Positions 39,300 through 49,801 of a stretch of DNA of 64,000 bases are shown in pieces. The DNA lies in contig NC_092356.1 of assembly GCF_963676685.1 (NCBI RefSeq), forward strand, positions 5,952,001 through 6,016,000, in the 5' to 3' direction. Origin of the DNA: Mytilus edulis (Eukaryota). A program made the translations under genes and the position numbers. Under the pieces are notes generated by a model, which saw only the letters and a list, made by a program, of their open reading frames with translations, did no database searches and had not been told where the DNA came from. The first letter of the stretch is position 1. Each line of letters begins with the position of its first letter.

Positions 39300-41010
39300 A
39301 GCCACGAGGTTTCATGGTTAAGATTAATGAGGTAAAGTTTAGGTCTTGTCTGTTTAGGTTCGAATCCCTGAATTCTCTGGTTTTCCAGTTTTTGTTCTTG
39401 TTTTGTATGTTATTGTGGATATTTTGTGTAATAAAAGTGAGTTTAGTCGTTTATAATCGGATTAATGTTGGCTATTCCACGTCCACTTGTATTTCTGTCC
39501 ATCTGATGAGTTAAGCCTGTTTCAACTGATTTTTATAGTTCGTTCTTATGTTGTACTGTTATACTGTGAGCCAAAATTTGTTCCTGTGAAAAAAGTTCCT
39601 GTGGAACTAATATCACAGGAAATATGTTCTGGGGGAACTTTTTTCATAGATAATTTCAATATAATTTGTTCCATCTCTATGAAATAAGTTCCACACTTTA
39701 CCTAGTGTGAAATAAGTACCGGAATGGTGAAATTTGTTCCTTACTTAGTGAAATAGGTTCCAGGTTTATGAGATTTGTTCCTTAACTGGTGAAATAAGTT
39801 CTGGGTTTGTGAAATTTGTTCCTCATTTGGTGAAATAAGTTCCTAGTCTGTGAAATATGTTCCACTGGTTAAACAGGTTATCTTATATACTGAACATTTG
39901 TCATCAATGAGTTTAAAGTTATCATTCAAGTGCATTATACAAATAAGTATAATATATTGATAATATAACAAATGAAAAATGTAAATCATCCAATAAGAAT
40001 CTTGTGGACTATAGCAAATGTTTAATAATAAACGTAAAAATATCAAACTGACAGTCCCACTTTGAGCCAGAAAAGAGTAGGATAAGAAAAATCTTTCAGA
40101 AAAAAATAAAGTCAAAGATGAACATGAACATATGAACTAATTTGAAAAGGACAAAATAACTGATTAATGATTCCAAAAGACACGAAGAAACAAAAGACAC
40201 ACTCTTTTGAAACTGTTCCATGACAAGTACATGTATGACTAGAAACAGGGCCATGACAGTTAACAGGAACCAAGGAGGAATACCACATATAACATAGATT
40301 TAAATTATGATAAATTATCATCCCTTTATCCTGTAGAACATGAAGAAAATGTTTCACTGTGCAATATGTTGCAAAGGTACTTATTTCAGTGAAAATAGGT
40401 TTGAGAAGAAATTATTCATTGATTTCTTTGAAAAATGTACATATTGATTTTAAACTAATATCACAGGAACTTATTTGAAACTTTTAATATTAACTCGAAC
40501 AAAATTCATGGAGCTATGATATTTGTTCCGGAACTTATTTCATATTTAGTCAAAAAATTAGTTAAGGAACACATTTTACAGTTCTGGAACATATTTTCTA
40601 TGATATAAGTTCCTGCGGAACATATTTCCTATGAAATTTGTTCCGCTATGTCACGCCGGAACATATTTTGTGTTACAATACCACTGTCCCAGGTTAGGGG
40701 GGTTGGGATCCCGCTAACATTTATAACCCCGCCACATTATGTATGTATGTGCCTGTCCCAAGTTAGGAGCTTAGCTGTAATTCAGTGGGTTTTTTTTTGT
40801 TCAATTTTTACATAAATAAGCCGTTAGTTTTCTCGTTTGAATTGTTTTACATTGTCATTTCGGGGCCTTTTATAGCTGACTATGCGATATGGGCTTTGTT
40901 CATTGTTAAATGCCATACGGTGACCTATAGTTATTAATTTCTGTGTTATTTTGGTCTCATAATAAGAGTTGTCTCATTGACAATCATACCACATCTTCTT
41001 TTTTTATATT
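39300..41010 (+). mobile_element. Near full-length tRNA-headed SINE-like element, interrupted by a TIR element
   Basis: B-box-like GGTTCGAATCCC at ~39357. The body resumes at 40678 with aaccccgccacat..tgcctgtcccaag and ends in the common tail cataccacatcttcttttttt. Confidence 0.6.
39565..40677. mobile_element. Non-autonomous TIR element, 1113 bp, Ginger-like termini
   Basis: TGT...ACA ends, imperfect ~20-bp TIR, 4-bp TSD ATAC (39561-64, 40678-81) and many subterminal GAAATWWGTTCC repeats. Confidence 0.8.
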
Positions 41011-41479
41011 CCACATGTTTGAAATAAAAATGATTACATTATTTTTGTCCATTATTGTTTTATAAATTAATTTAATATGATTTCATCTGTTTTACTGCAT
41101 AATTTTACAAATGTTAATTCGCAAATTCCTATGCTAGAAAATCGTTATGTGCCTAGAATTAGGCTTCGTGTTAAAAAATTTCGGAAACCCACTTATTATA
41201 TGCACTATATGTATCTTTTTCCATTTTCAATTTTAATAGAAATGAGTCCGAATAGAACTTATTTCGTATTAACAGATAATATTCAGATGCCTGATAATAT
41301 GAAGATCTTAAAGGGCAGACGTGTTGTGTAATAATGTATTTATATTTTTAAACATTTATTTGTGATATTTACTTTTATTTTTTATTGTAATGGATCATGG
41401 TTATTTAAACTCACTTACAATACCTTCTAATTAAGAATAGGCGTTAATTTTGAAAAGACATTAACACAATAGTTTAAGT

Positions 41480-41582
41480 TATAGATACAATGGATAAGCG
41501 TTGATTCATGAAAAACAAACCATTCGCCCTCCGGGCTCATGGTTTCTTTTTCAAGAATCAACGCTTATCCATTGTATCTATA
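41480..41582. repeat. 103-bp palindromic MITE-like hairpin
   Basis: Perfect 28-bp outer arms (TATAGATACAATGGATAAGCGTTGATTC and its reverse complement) with continued imperfect pairing; TA ends. Confidence 0.88.
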
Positions 41583-42056
41583 TCACAGAACTAATTTTTA
41601 TCAAAAAACAATTTGATAACCAGAAAACAAAAAATAATAATGTCCCCTCCAAATGATAATCTCCCTTTTTTCTTCAAAACAATACAATGTGTTAAGCTTC
41701 TCTTCCATCATACCCATTATTGTTTGACAACATCATAATTATGTCATACTTTTAAGTGTGTAATAATTGCTAATGTGCAAAACAATTAACAAACTACATA
41801 CTATAAATTACATTAATAGCTTAATCCCTTTAACATATTAACATAAATTATAATATAGTTACAGTTACTGTAATAGTTTTTTTTTTTATTTTAACGTTAG
41901 CAAATACATTCTTCTAAAAACCAACATCAATATTTTGTTGGATATGGTTTTTGAAATTAAAAGTACAATTATGTTAAGTTAAGTAACAGTTAATATAGGA
42001 AATGATATTTCCACCTCCGGCAGTGAGTTTCAATTATTATAGGAAATTATTATTTC

Positions 42057-42127
42057 CTCTCCGGCAGTGAGATTCGAACACACGATCTTTCCAACTTGGG
42101 TTAGTTCAAAATACCCCTGCACCACTG
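42057..42127 (-). repeat. tRNA-like relic (SINE head or tRNA pseudogene)
   Basis: The minus strand reads cagtggtgcaggggt...GTGTTCGAATCtcactg (A/B-box-like), with no convincing cloverleaf. Confidence 0.4.
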
Positions 42128-42719
42128 TCATCGTTTGAAAATTGTTAAAATTGAAGAACTGAATAAGTCTACTTCTTAAGACGTGCAAAAAAACACATAT
42201 GAAGATTCACACCCAGCTTGTTTTAAAAAAAAAATGTGTACAGATGACACATTTTTGTTGCCAAACGATGATTTTTACGCAAATATAGAAGAAATCCACT
42301 CATTAGACTGTCATTTGTATTGAAATATAAATGTTCCCTCATTCAAACACAAATGTTTTCAATTTTAGCATACATGTACCACTACACTTACGAAATTATG
42401 TTTTGTACATTGTAACACATATTACAACTTAGCTAAAACAATCAGGATATTGTAGTGAGTGTTGTCTTTTTTGCGATAAAATCTGTAAAAAATGACTACG
42501 GATTTTTAGCGTATTTCAAGTTTGTGATTGCGCTGATACACTAAAACTACACATTTAACTACCGTACAAGAAAGAAGTTTTATTTTAATACTATTCTTCA
42601 AAAACTCACTACACACTTATTAAAACAAAATCATAATTCCCCTAAAATGAGCAGTTTGCTATGCACTTCTTCATGTCTTTTTTTTTTAAATATTCTTTAG
42701 AATTCGAAGAAGAAAAACA

Positions 42720-42945
42720 AAAAAGAGACGCGAGATACCAAAGGGACAGTCAAACTCAAAAATCGAAAAAAAAATGTGACAACGCCATGGCTAGAAATGA
42801 AAAAGACAAACATACAAACAATAGTACACATGAGACAACATAGAAAACTAAAGAATAAACAACACGAACCCCACCAAAAACTAGGGGTGTTTTTAGGTGC
42901 TACGGGAGGGTAAGCAGATCCTGCTCCACATGTGGAACCCGCCGT
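42720..42945 (-). mobile_element. Penelope-like 3' UTR fragment
   Basis: Close match to 17595-17812. Confidence 0.8.
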
Positions 42946-42968
42946 GAAATATATTTAAGAATACTTAC

Positions 42969-43016
42969 AGTATGCTAATAACAATGTCACTATCGATATG
43001 GCTGCTTTGTTGCGAT
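42969..43016 (-). CDS. Receptor-Roco exon 6: first half of the TM helix
   Basis: aattgtag|AT CGC.. encodes NRNKAAISIVTLLLAY, donor T|GTAAGT. 48 nt, phase 1-1. Confidence 0.8.
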
Positions 43017-44482
43017 CTACAATTATACGAAGGTTTTTAAGTGTAACTGAGCTATATTTGGATGTAACAACATATTCATTGTTAATTTTCAATTAATGAA
43101 TAGTTTTATTTCATTGTAACCGACCAGTTAGAATTCTACTTTGTCAATATAATCTCCCCATTACGTCAACTAATGGTTATAACCGTAAAAATGGAAGACA
43201 TTGTAGTGATGACGCGCTGTCAATTTAGCTTTTGAAAACCGAAAGATTTATCCACATAGTATCGTTACGATCTTTAGATAGATATAAGAAAATATGATGT
43301 GAATGAATCAACTCTCCATCCAAGTCCAAATTTGTAAAAGTAAACCATTATAGATCAAAATACGGTCTTCAACACGGATCATTAACTCAAACCGAACAGC
43401 AATCTGTAAAGCGACCCCGTAAAGACAAATATAAAACCATTCAAACAGGAAAACCAGCTGTAAAAGACAAAAATATCTAATAGCTTTTGAGCGTCATTTA
43501 ATGTAGTATTAAGCATTTGATTAACTTAAGTTGAAGACTTTTCACCTTTAATAGCATACACAATAAATAAGATCCAGGTAAAAAGTTTGTCTTCAAGTTC
43601 CTTTTTGCAAAACGAATCTTATTCGAACACGCCTACTATGTTGTTATTACTCAGCCAGTTTGCTCGTTTGGATTGTTTTACATTTGTCATTTCGGAACCT
43701 TTTACAGCTGACTAAGTCGTATGGACTTTGCTCAATTAAGACCGTACGGTGACTCATAGTCTTCTCCAAAATTTATAACCATTCTTTGATTCATACAAGC
43801 ATGATCATTAATGAAAACGAAACTTTAAAATGTGTATTTTGCTGTATTGGTAATATATATTATATATTAAACAGTTCCGTGAATGTTATCAACGGTCAGC
43901 TTTGATATAAGAAGATCATGAAACGACGACCTGTCCAGGTATTGAACAGTTTTGAGACATCAACATGATCAAGTTAACTTGCTTTTTTCCTATAAACTTA
44001 TTCTGTAAACTTCAAAAAACAACCAATCAACAATTAATCACAAAACATGTCTGCTGAAAGTACAACACGAATCTGTATATTTTATTTTTTAATAACGGTC
44101 GACATTTTAATAATATGTTCTGTACAATTGCTTCAACAGTTCCTTGAAGGAGCTGTTAAGTATCAACTGCCTGTAATTAGTGATTGGTAAACTGATTTCA
44201 TGAAAAAGAATGTGACAATCATTGATTTTCAGAATCTAGTTCCAATATTAAATCAAACAAACATGTTGTAATGCTGAGAAATGAAAATGAGAATTGTTAT
44301 AATTCTATTCTGATATGTTTCCTAATATTAAAAACAAACTTAGACAAACTTGAACAAACTATAACTTTGAAATTGAAAGTATTGTTATGTTTATCTTTCC
44401 TAGAACTTATTAATGCTGAGTGATTTATAATTGTGTCCAATGTATCAGTTGGGTATTCTGCCTTTATAAAGTTAAAACGTAC

Positions 44483-44553
44483 TTGTAGGATAGTTTAGGT
44501 TGTATTTGAAGCTGTCAAACTCGATGATCTTTATTGTCCGTGAACTATTAAAC
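44483..44553 (-). CDS. Receptor-Roco exon 5: ectodomain stalk
   Basis: (T)nCAG|G TTT.. encodes MFNSSRTIKIIEFDSFKYNLNYPT, donor A|GTACGT. 71 nt, phase 2-1. Confidence 0.75.
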
Positions 44554-44619
44554 CTGAAAAAAAAATCTATACACTTGCATATTGATACATAATTTTGTAC
44601 AGATTCAATGAGAAAAAAT

Positions 44620-45695
44620 AACACAAGAGTGCACACGCAAAAATGTCTCCCCTTCTTTACTAATCATTGATGTTTTGTTGATAGTCCTAAATATAACGCT
44701 TTATTACAACTGTCACATACAATTAACATTAACCAAGAAAAGTAAACAATGACCAATGAACCAGGAACATGATAGCAGGGTAAGATGTACCATACCAAGC
44801 AGACATGTACCGCTAACATTTTTTCTATACAACAAATATAGTTAACCCATTGCTTATAGTCTAAGAAAAACAGACCAAAACACAAAAACTGATCAATGTA
44901 ATTTAACCGTGAAAAAGAAGTCAAGGTCAAATAAAACCTGCACGATTGACATATAGATCATGAAATATTTCCAAACACCAAATACAGTTGACCTATTGCA
45001 TATAGTATTAGAAAAAAAGACCAAAACTCAAAAACTGAACTTTGACCACTGAACCATGAAAATGAGGTCAAGGTCAGATGACACCTGCCAGCTAGACATG
45101 TAGACCTTACAATAATTTCATACACCAAAATAGTAGACTTATTGCATACAGTATAAAAACAGACATGAGCACAAAAACTAAACTATAACCACCGAACCAT
45201 GAAAATGAGGTCATGGTCAGATGTCACCTGACAGTTGTACATGTACACCTTACTGTTCTTCCATACACCGCATAGTTTAGACCTATTGCTTATAGTATTT
45301 GAGATATAAACTGTACCACTAAAACTTAACCTTGCTCACTGATCCATAAAATGAAATCAAGGTCAAGTGAATACTATTTGATGGGTATGACGACCTTGTT
45401 AGGTACGCATATACCACATATAGTTATCCTACTACTTATAATAAGAGAGAATTCAACATTACAACAAATCTTAACTTTTTTCAAGTAGTCACTGAACCAT
45501 GAAAATGAGGTCAAGGACATTGGACATGTGACTGAAGGAAACTTCGTAACATGAGGCATCTATATACGAAGTATGACGCTTCCAGGTCTAGCACCTTCTA
45601 AAATATAACGCTTTCAAAAAGTTTGCTAACCCGCCGCCACCAGAACACTATCCCAATATCGAGCTTTCTGTGACAACAGTTGAAGGCTCGACAAT
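44620..45695. mobile_element. HINE/Helentron-like element with internal ~143-bp tandem core repeats
   Basis: catgaaaatgaggtca recurs at ~44910, 45055, 45198, 45345 and 45498. Terminal hairpin cgagc...gctcg and A-rich flanks. Confidence 0.7.
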
Positions 45696-46029
45696 AAAAA
45701 CAAATATAATTTTTAATATTAACGGAGTGTACAACTATCTAAAGCAAAGAAGCTGCTAGCAAAATCCGTCGTTTTTTAGATAGATTAGACAGAAAAAATT
45801 TGTTAAACTTCAGGATCTGTTCGTCGTAGGCTAAGTTAATACATATACATCTATTTGGAATTGTTATAAACTAGTAGCACATAAACGTTGGAATACATAA
45901 CCAGTCGTAAATCCCAGAAACATTGATGTACGTTACAGAGACATAATATGTATTTTATATATATTAATTTGCAGAACAAAACATTGACAAAATAAATGAA
46001 TACAATTTGAGAAATAAACAAAAACTTAC

Positions 46030-46084
46030 ATTTCTCTTAAGTAAGGAAGTCTTGTCATTTTCGTGTCATAATAACATTTGATGT
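46030..46084 (-). CDS. Receptor-Roco exon 4
   Basis: (T)nCAG|AC ATC.. encodes DIKCYYDTKMTRLPYLRE, donor AT|GTAAGT. 55 nt, phase 1-2. Confidence 0.78.
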
Positions 46085-46967
46085 CTGAAAAAAAATTGAA
46101 TAGTTGAAACGTTTTAATTTCTTCTAAAAAAGAAATCACTACAAATCTTCTACGTCAGTGTTAATGGTTGGAATCTCGATAACCAGCAGGTATGCAAACA
46201 CTTTCAAATGTTTTCATTACACTATAAAAGTGTGTTGGTTTTACTCATACACAAGATTTTTCAGAACTTAAGATGCTATTCACTTTATACTTGCGAGCAA
46301 CATGTACGTATTTTAGTACATAATTGTGTAAATGTTTTTAAGCTAAAACCAGATGACAAGAAATATCAGAAAAACCATTGGAAGGCAACCTGATGTCTAT
46401 AATAATAGACAGGAATCTGTACAATATGTCAAGTTTTAAAGCGTCCCAAGCTAGTTAGGGGTTTGCATAAATTCCTTAGAAATAAGCCTAGGCTCCGTAT
46501 TGGAAACTATACATTCACTAATAATGGTTTACTTTTATAGATTGTGACTTGGATGGAGAGTTGTTTCATTGGCACTCATACCACATCTTCCTTTATATAT
46601 GTAGCCTTGTAATTTGTTTTTAATAACATTAAAATAGTTGGCATATACCGACGGGAAAACTAACCAATACATGAAAAACGACAAAGTTACTTAACATAAG
46701 TGTTGTAAACCTGACGAATGTTTCTCTAAAATTGAGTATTATGAATTATTAAACATATAATGAACATTAAATATGCATAAAAATAACGTATTCATTATTA
46801 TAGATATCTTCTGGAAAGTGATGACTGTTTGAATTTTTCTTATAGATAAACACGTTTTTTAAAAGTTTCCTGAACGTTAACCCTTAAATTAATTTCGATT
46901 TTTAATAAACAAGCTAAATACAATATTGATAGAACTTAAATCTGACTAAAACAATACTTTACTTTAC

Positions 46968-47273
46968 CTGTCAAATCGTTCGTTTTGTTGTATCGATTGT
47001 TTACGAGATAACAGGAGCAATCTTCAATTAAAGGATCGCAGTAACACTTATTTTTCGGTATCTTGACAAACGAATATCTTCTATCGGTATTGCAAATACA
47101 TTTTCTATCGACTGTAGTGTTGCCGTCGTCATAAGTTTCCTGACCTAAGCTGTTACAAAGAGTTTTTTGAAAGGTGCAGTCACTGTGCCCAATTGTGTCA
47201 AAATTAAAAGGCTGATATCTAGTTGCACTGCATGTTGCTCTGTTTAAGTTCGGCTGAAAGACGTATTTATGTC
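46968..47273 (-). CDS. Receptor-Roco exon 3: Cys-rich TNFR-like ectodomain
   Basis: ttgcag|GA CAT.. encodes ..TCSATRYQPF..SDCTFQKTLCNSLGQETYDDGNTTVDRKCICNTDRRYSFVKIPKNKCYCDPLIEDCSCY.., donor G|GTAAAG. 306 nt, phase 1-1; absent from the ORF track. Confidence 0.9.
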
Positions 47274-47299
47274 CTGCAAATATTAAGTAAAAGAAGTGC

Positions 47300-47705
47300 C
47301 TGCCAATTGATATTTTATCGTGTGTTTTTCTATGTTGTTATGTTATGTTATTGTTTCAGAAAAAGGGAGAAGGTTTGGATCCATCAAAAAGGTTTAATCC
47401 CGCTGCAAATATTTGCACCTGTCCGAAGTTAGGAATCTGATGTACAGTAGCTGTCGTTTGTTTATGTAATTAATATGTGTTACTCGTTTCTCGTTTTTTT
47501 TTATTCTATATAGATTAGACCGTTGGTTTTCCTGTTTGTATGGTTTAACACTAGTAATTTAGGGGCCCTTTATAGCTTGTTGTTCGGTGTGAGCCAAGGC
47601 TCCGTGTTGAATGCCGTACATTGACCTATAATGGTTTACTTTTTTTAAATTGTTATTTGGATGGAGAGTTGTCTCATTGGCACTCACACTACATCTTTCT
47701 ATATC
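47300..47705 (+). repeat. SINE-like dispersed repeat
   Basis: Same body and tail organisation as 39500-41010. Confidence 0.65.
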
Positions 47706-48005
47706 TAGTAATACTTTACATTATAAGTTATATTTCGCTACATTTGTCACCTCTTAATTCAGGTACATGTTATTAAATACGTGCACAACCAAGTTATTTA
47801 TTTACAGTGAAATAAAATAATTAATAAAAACGACTATTATTCATTGAATAAACTTTCTTTTTAATTGTTTATCAAACATTTTTATTATATGAAAATACAG
47901 TTATTGTTTAACATATATGACATGTATGACATATTGGTCATATGTTGTGCTCAAAACAATGCTAATATTAATAGTACAACTATCTATACATCTAAAAAGG
48001 CTTAC

Positions 48006-48177
48006 CAGGACTTAAAAGTCTAGGTCTGTTACACGTATCATTGTATACATTTACTCCAAAAGTTACGTTAAATAAGCAAGTATAATTTCGTTCAGGCTTA
48101 CACATGGATTTTGCCCGAAGATTCCAGTGTGCCTGCGATGGACAAGTAAAGTTGTATGCTTCATTTAAGGATAACAT
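48006..48177 (-). CDS. Receptor-Roco exon 2: end of signal peptide and N-terminal Cys module
   Basis: tttgtag|ATG.. encodes MLSLNEAYNFTCPSQAHWNLRAKSMCKPERNYTCLFNV..TCNRPRLLSP, donor G|GTAAGC. 172 nt, phase 0-1; three N-x-T sequons plus NDT. Confidence 0.88.
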
Positions 48178-48497
48178 CTACAAAAAAGATAAATATCCAT
48201 CAATAATTCAAACAATACGTCAATTAAAATTGTAATTTTTCGACACAAACGCACATAGTCAATGGTTTGTGAGCACGTTGACCTTATCAAAAACAGCAGC
48301 CTTAAAAATGTGTATTAAGACGTACATTGAGTCTAGATAGCACTCGCCAATAATGTTGCTAGGCAAAATCAAATACGAAATTGTACAAATAAATGTTATA
48401 TTACTTTGCTGTTACAACATTGTGGAAAGTGTTTTAAATTAAGATATTTCTCTCCCATTCAAGCTCTGATTCCTTGCCTTACGTTCGGAAATACTTT

Positions 48498-49345
48498 AAA
48501 AGAGAGGCGAAAGATACCAGAAGGACATTCAAACTCAAGTAAAAAAACTGACAACGCCATGGCTAGAAAAAGACCAACAGACAATCAATAATACACAAAA
48601 CACAACATATTAAACAAAAGACTAGGTAACACGAACCCAACAAAAACTCCAGAAGGGTAAACAGATCATGTAAAACGGTAATTCCATTACGGTCAACCAA
48701 CTCGTAATGCGTCCGTAAAATGGAAAAAGGGATGATTTCAATTTCACCACTTGGAACTCTTGGATTAATAGTTTCATTGTTAACAGCAACCCTTTATCAT
48801 TGAAATCATGATAGGAAATACAAGCCCTGGAATATTGTATCAACTGGGAAATATATACCCCGCATGCAGGCGCTGCAGAAATGTTGCTACATAGAAATGG
48901 AAAGTTCACAATTGGGAAACTGAAATCATCTCTTTCGTCGAAAAGTTTTGTTTCAACCGACTCTGATTGTCAGTTTCAATAACTATGTAATTCAAGGTAT
49001 GAGGTATACCTAACTGTTATCTGGTGTATCCTTTATCTCAAGTTCGATCGAATGGATGCATTCAACATAGTCACCAAATTTTGAAATATTTAGTGATAGA
49101 ACATCATCTATATAAATTGTAGCAGAAAGTACAGTTTAAGGATAATTCAAACTTCTTTGGCTACTCCTTTTTTTTTGTGAAAAAAGCAGGACCAACCCTT
49201 TCAATTGATCGTTTAGTTTGGAATGGAGAACACTTGTATAAAGTGAAATATGTTTTATCACTATTGCAAGATGAAAGAGTGTTAGATTATAGGTTTTGAT
49301 TTTTTTAAGTATCCTTATCTGATTCACGCCACCTCTAGAATAGGC
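48498..49345 (-). mobile_element. Penelope-like RT copy with internal deletions
   Basis: VNFPFLCSNISAAPACGVYISQLIQYSRAC, YIDDVLSLN; the upstream part matches 24590-24740. Confidence 0.85.
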
Positions 49346-49768
49346 CTTTATTTATTACGAAACGGACAGGTTTCGTCGAAATATGCATCTGATGATCGTC
49401 AGTGTGCCAAAAAAAATCCCCTCTAACCGTTGCTAGGGGCGTCTTAAACTGGCAGTGAACTGAGAGTGTGTTTGCTTTTGCTCCATTGAAAGACCTCACT
49501 GTGACTTTGAGATGAAGAACAACAATAACGGCGATGCTTCATTGCTTTTTTTTTCTTTTTTGCTGTGCAATACTGATTTGATGTCATCAATGCATCGTGG
49601 GATTATCCCATATCCTTTCTTTTCTACTACATTAAAATAACTATTTGTTCAAAATTTAATATTTATGTAACAACTGTGTGGTAAACTTCCTTAACCGTAC
49701 TCTGCAACCCAAAACAAGACGGCGATACAGAAAAGAAAACATATGTGTCAGATTTAAATGATATATAC

Positions 49769-49801
49769 CTGAAGGAGAGTCAGTAGGATAAACATGTCCA
49801 T
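49769..49801 (-). CDS. Receptor-Roco exon 1 (coding part): start codon and signal peptide
   Basis: ATG GAC ATG TTT ATC CTA CTG ACT CTC CTT CAG|GTATAT encodes MDMFILLTLLQ, phase 0 into exon 2. An acceptor ttttctttttag before 49833 implies an upstream UTR exon. Confidence 0.75.

Noticed and set aside
39503-39530. CTGATGAG hammerhead-like core (also CTGATGA near 49389)
   Set aside because: No stem II followed by GAAA, and no matching cleavage arm.
42057-42127. Functional tRNA gene
   Set aside because: Only a B-box/T-loop is recognisable; D and anticodon arms do not fold convincingly.
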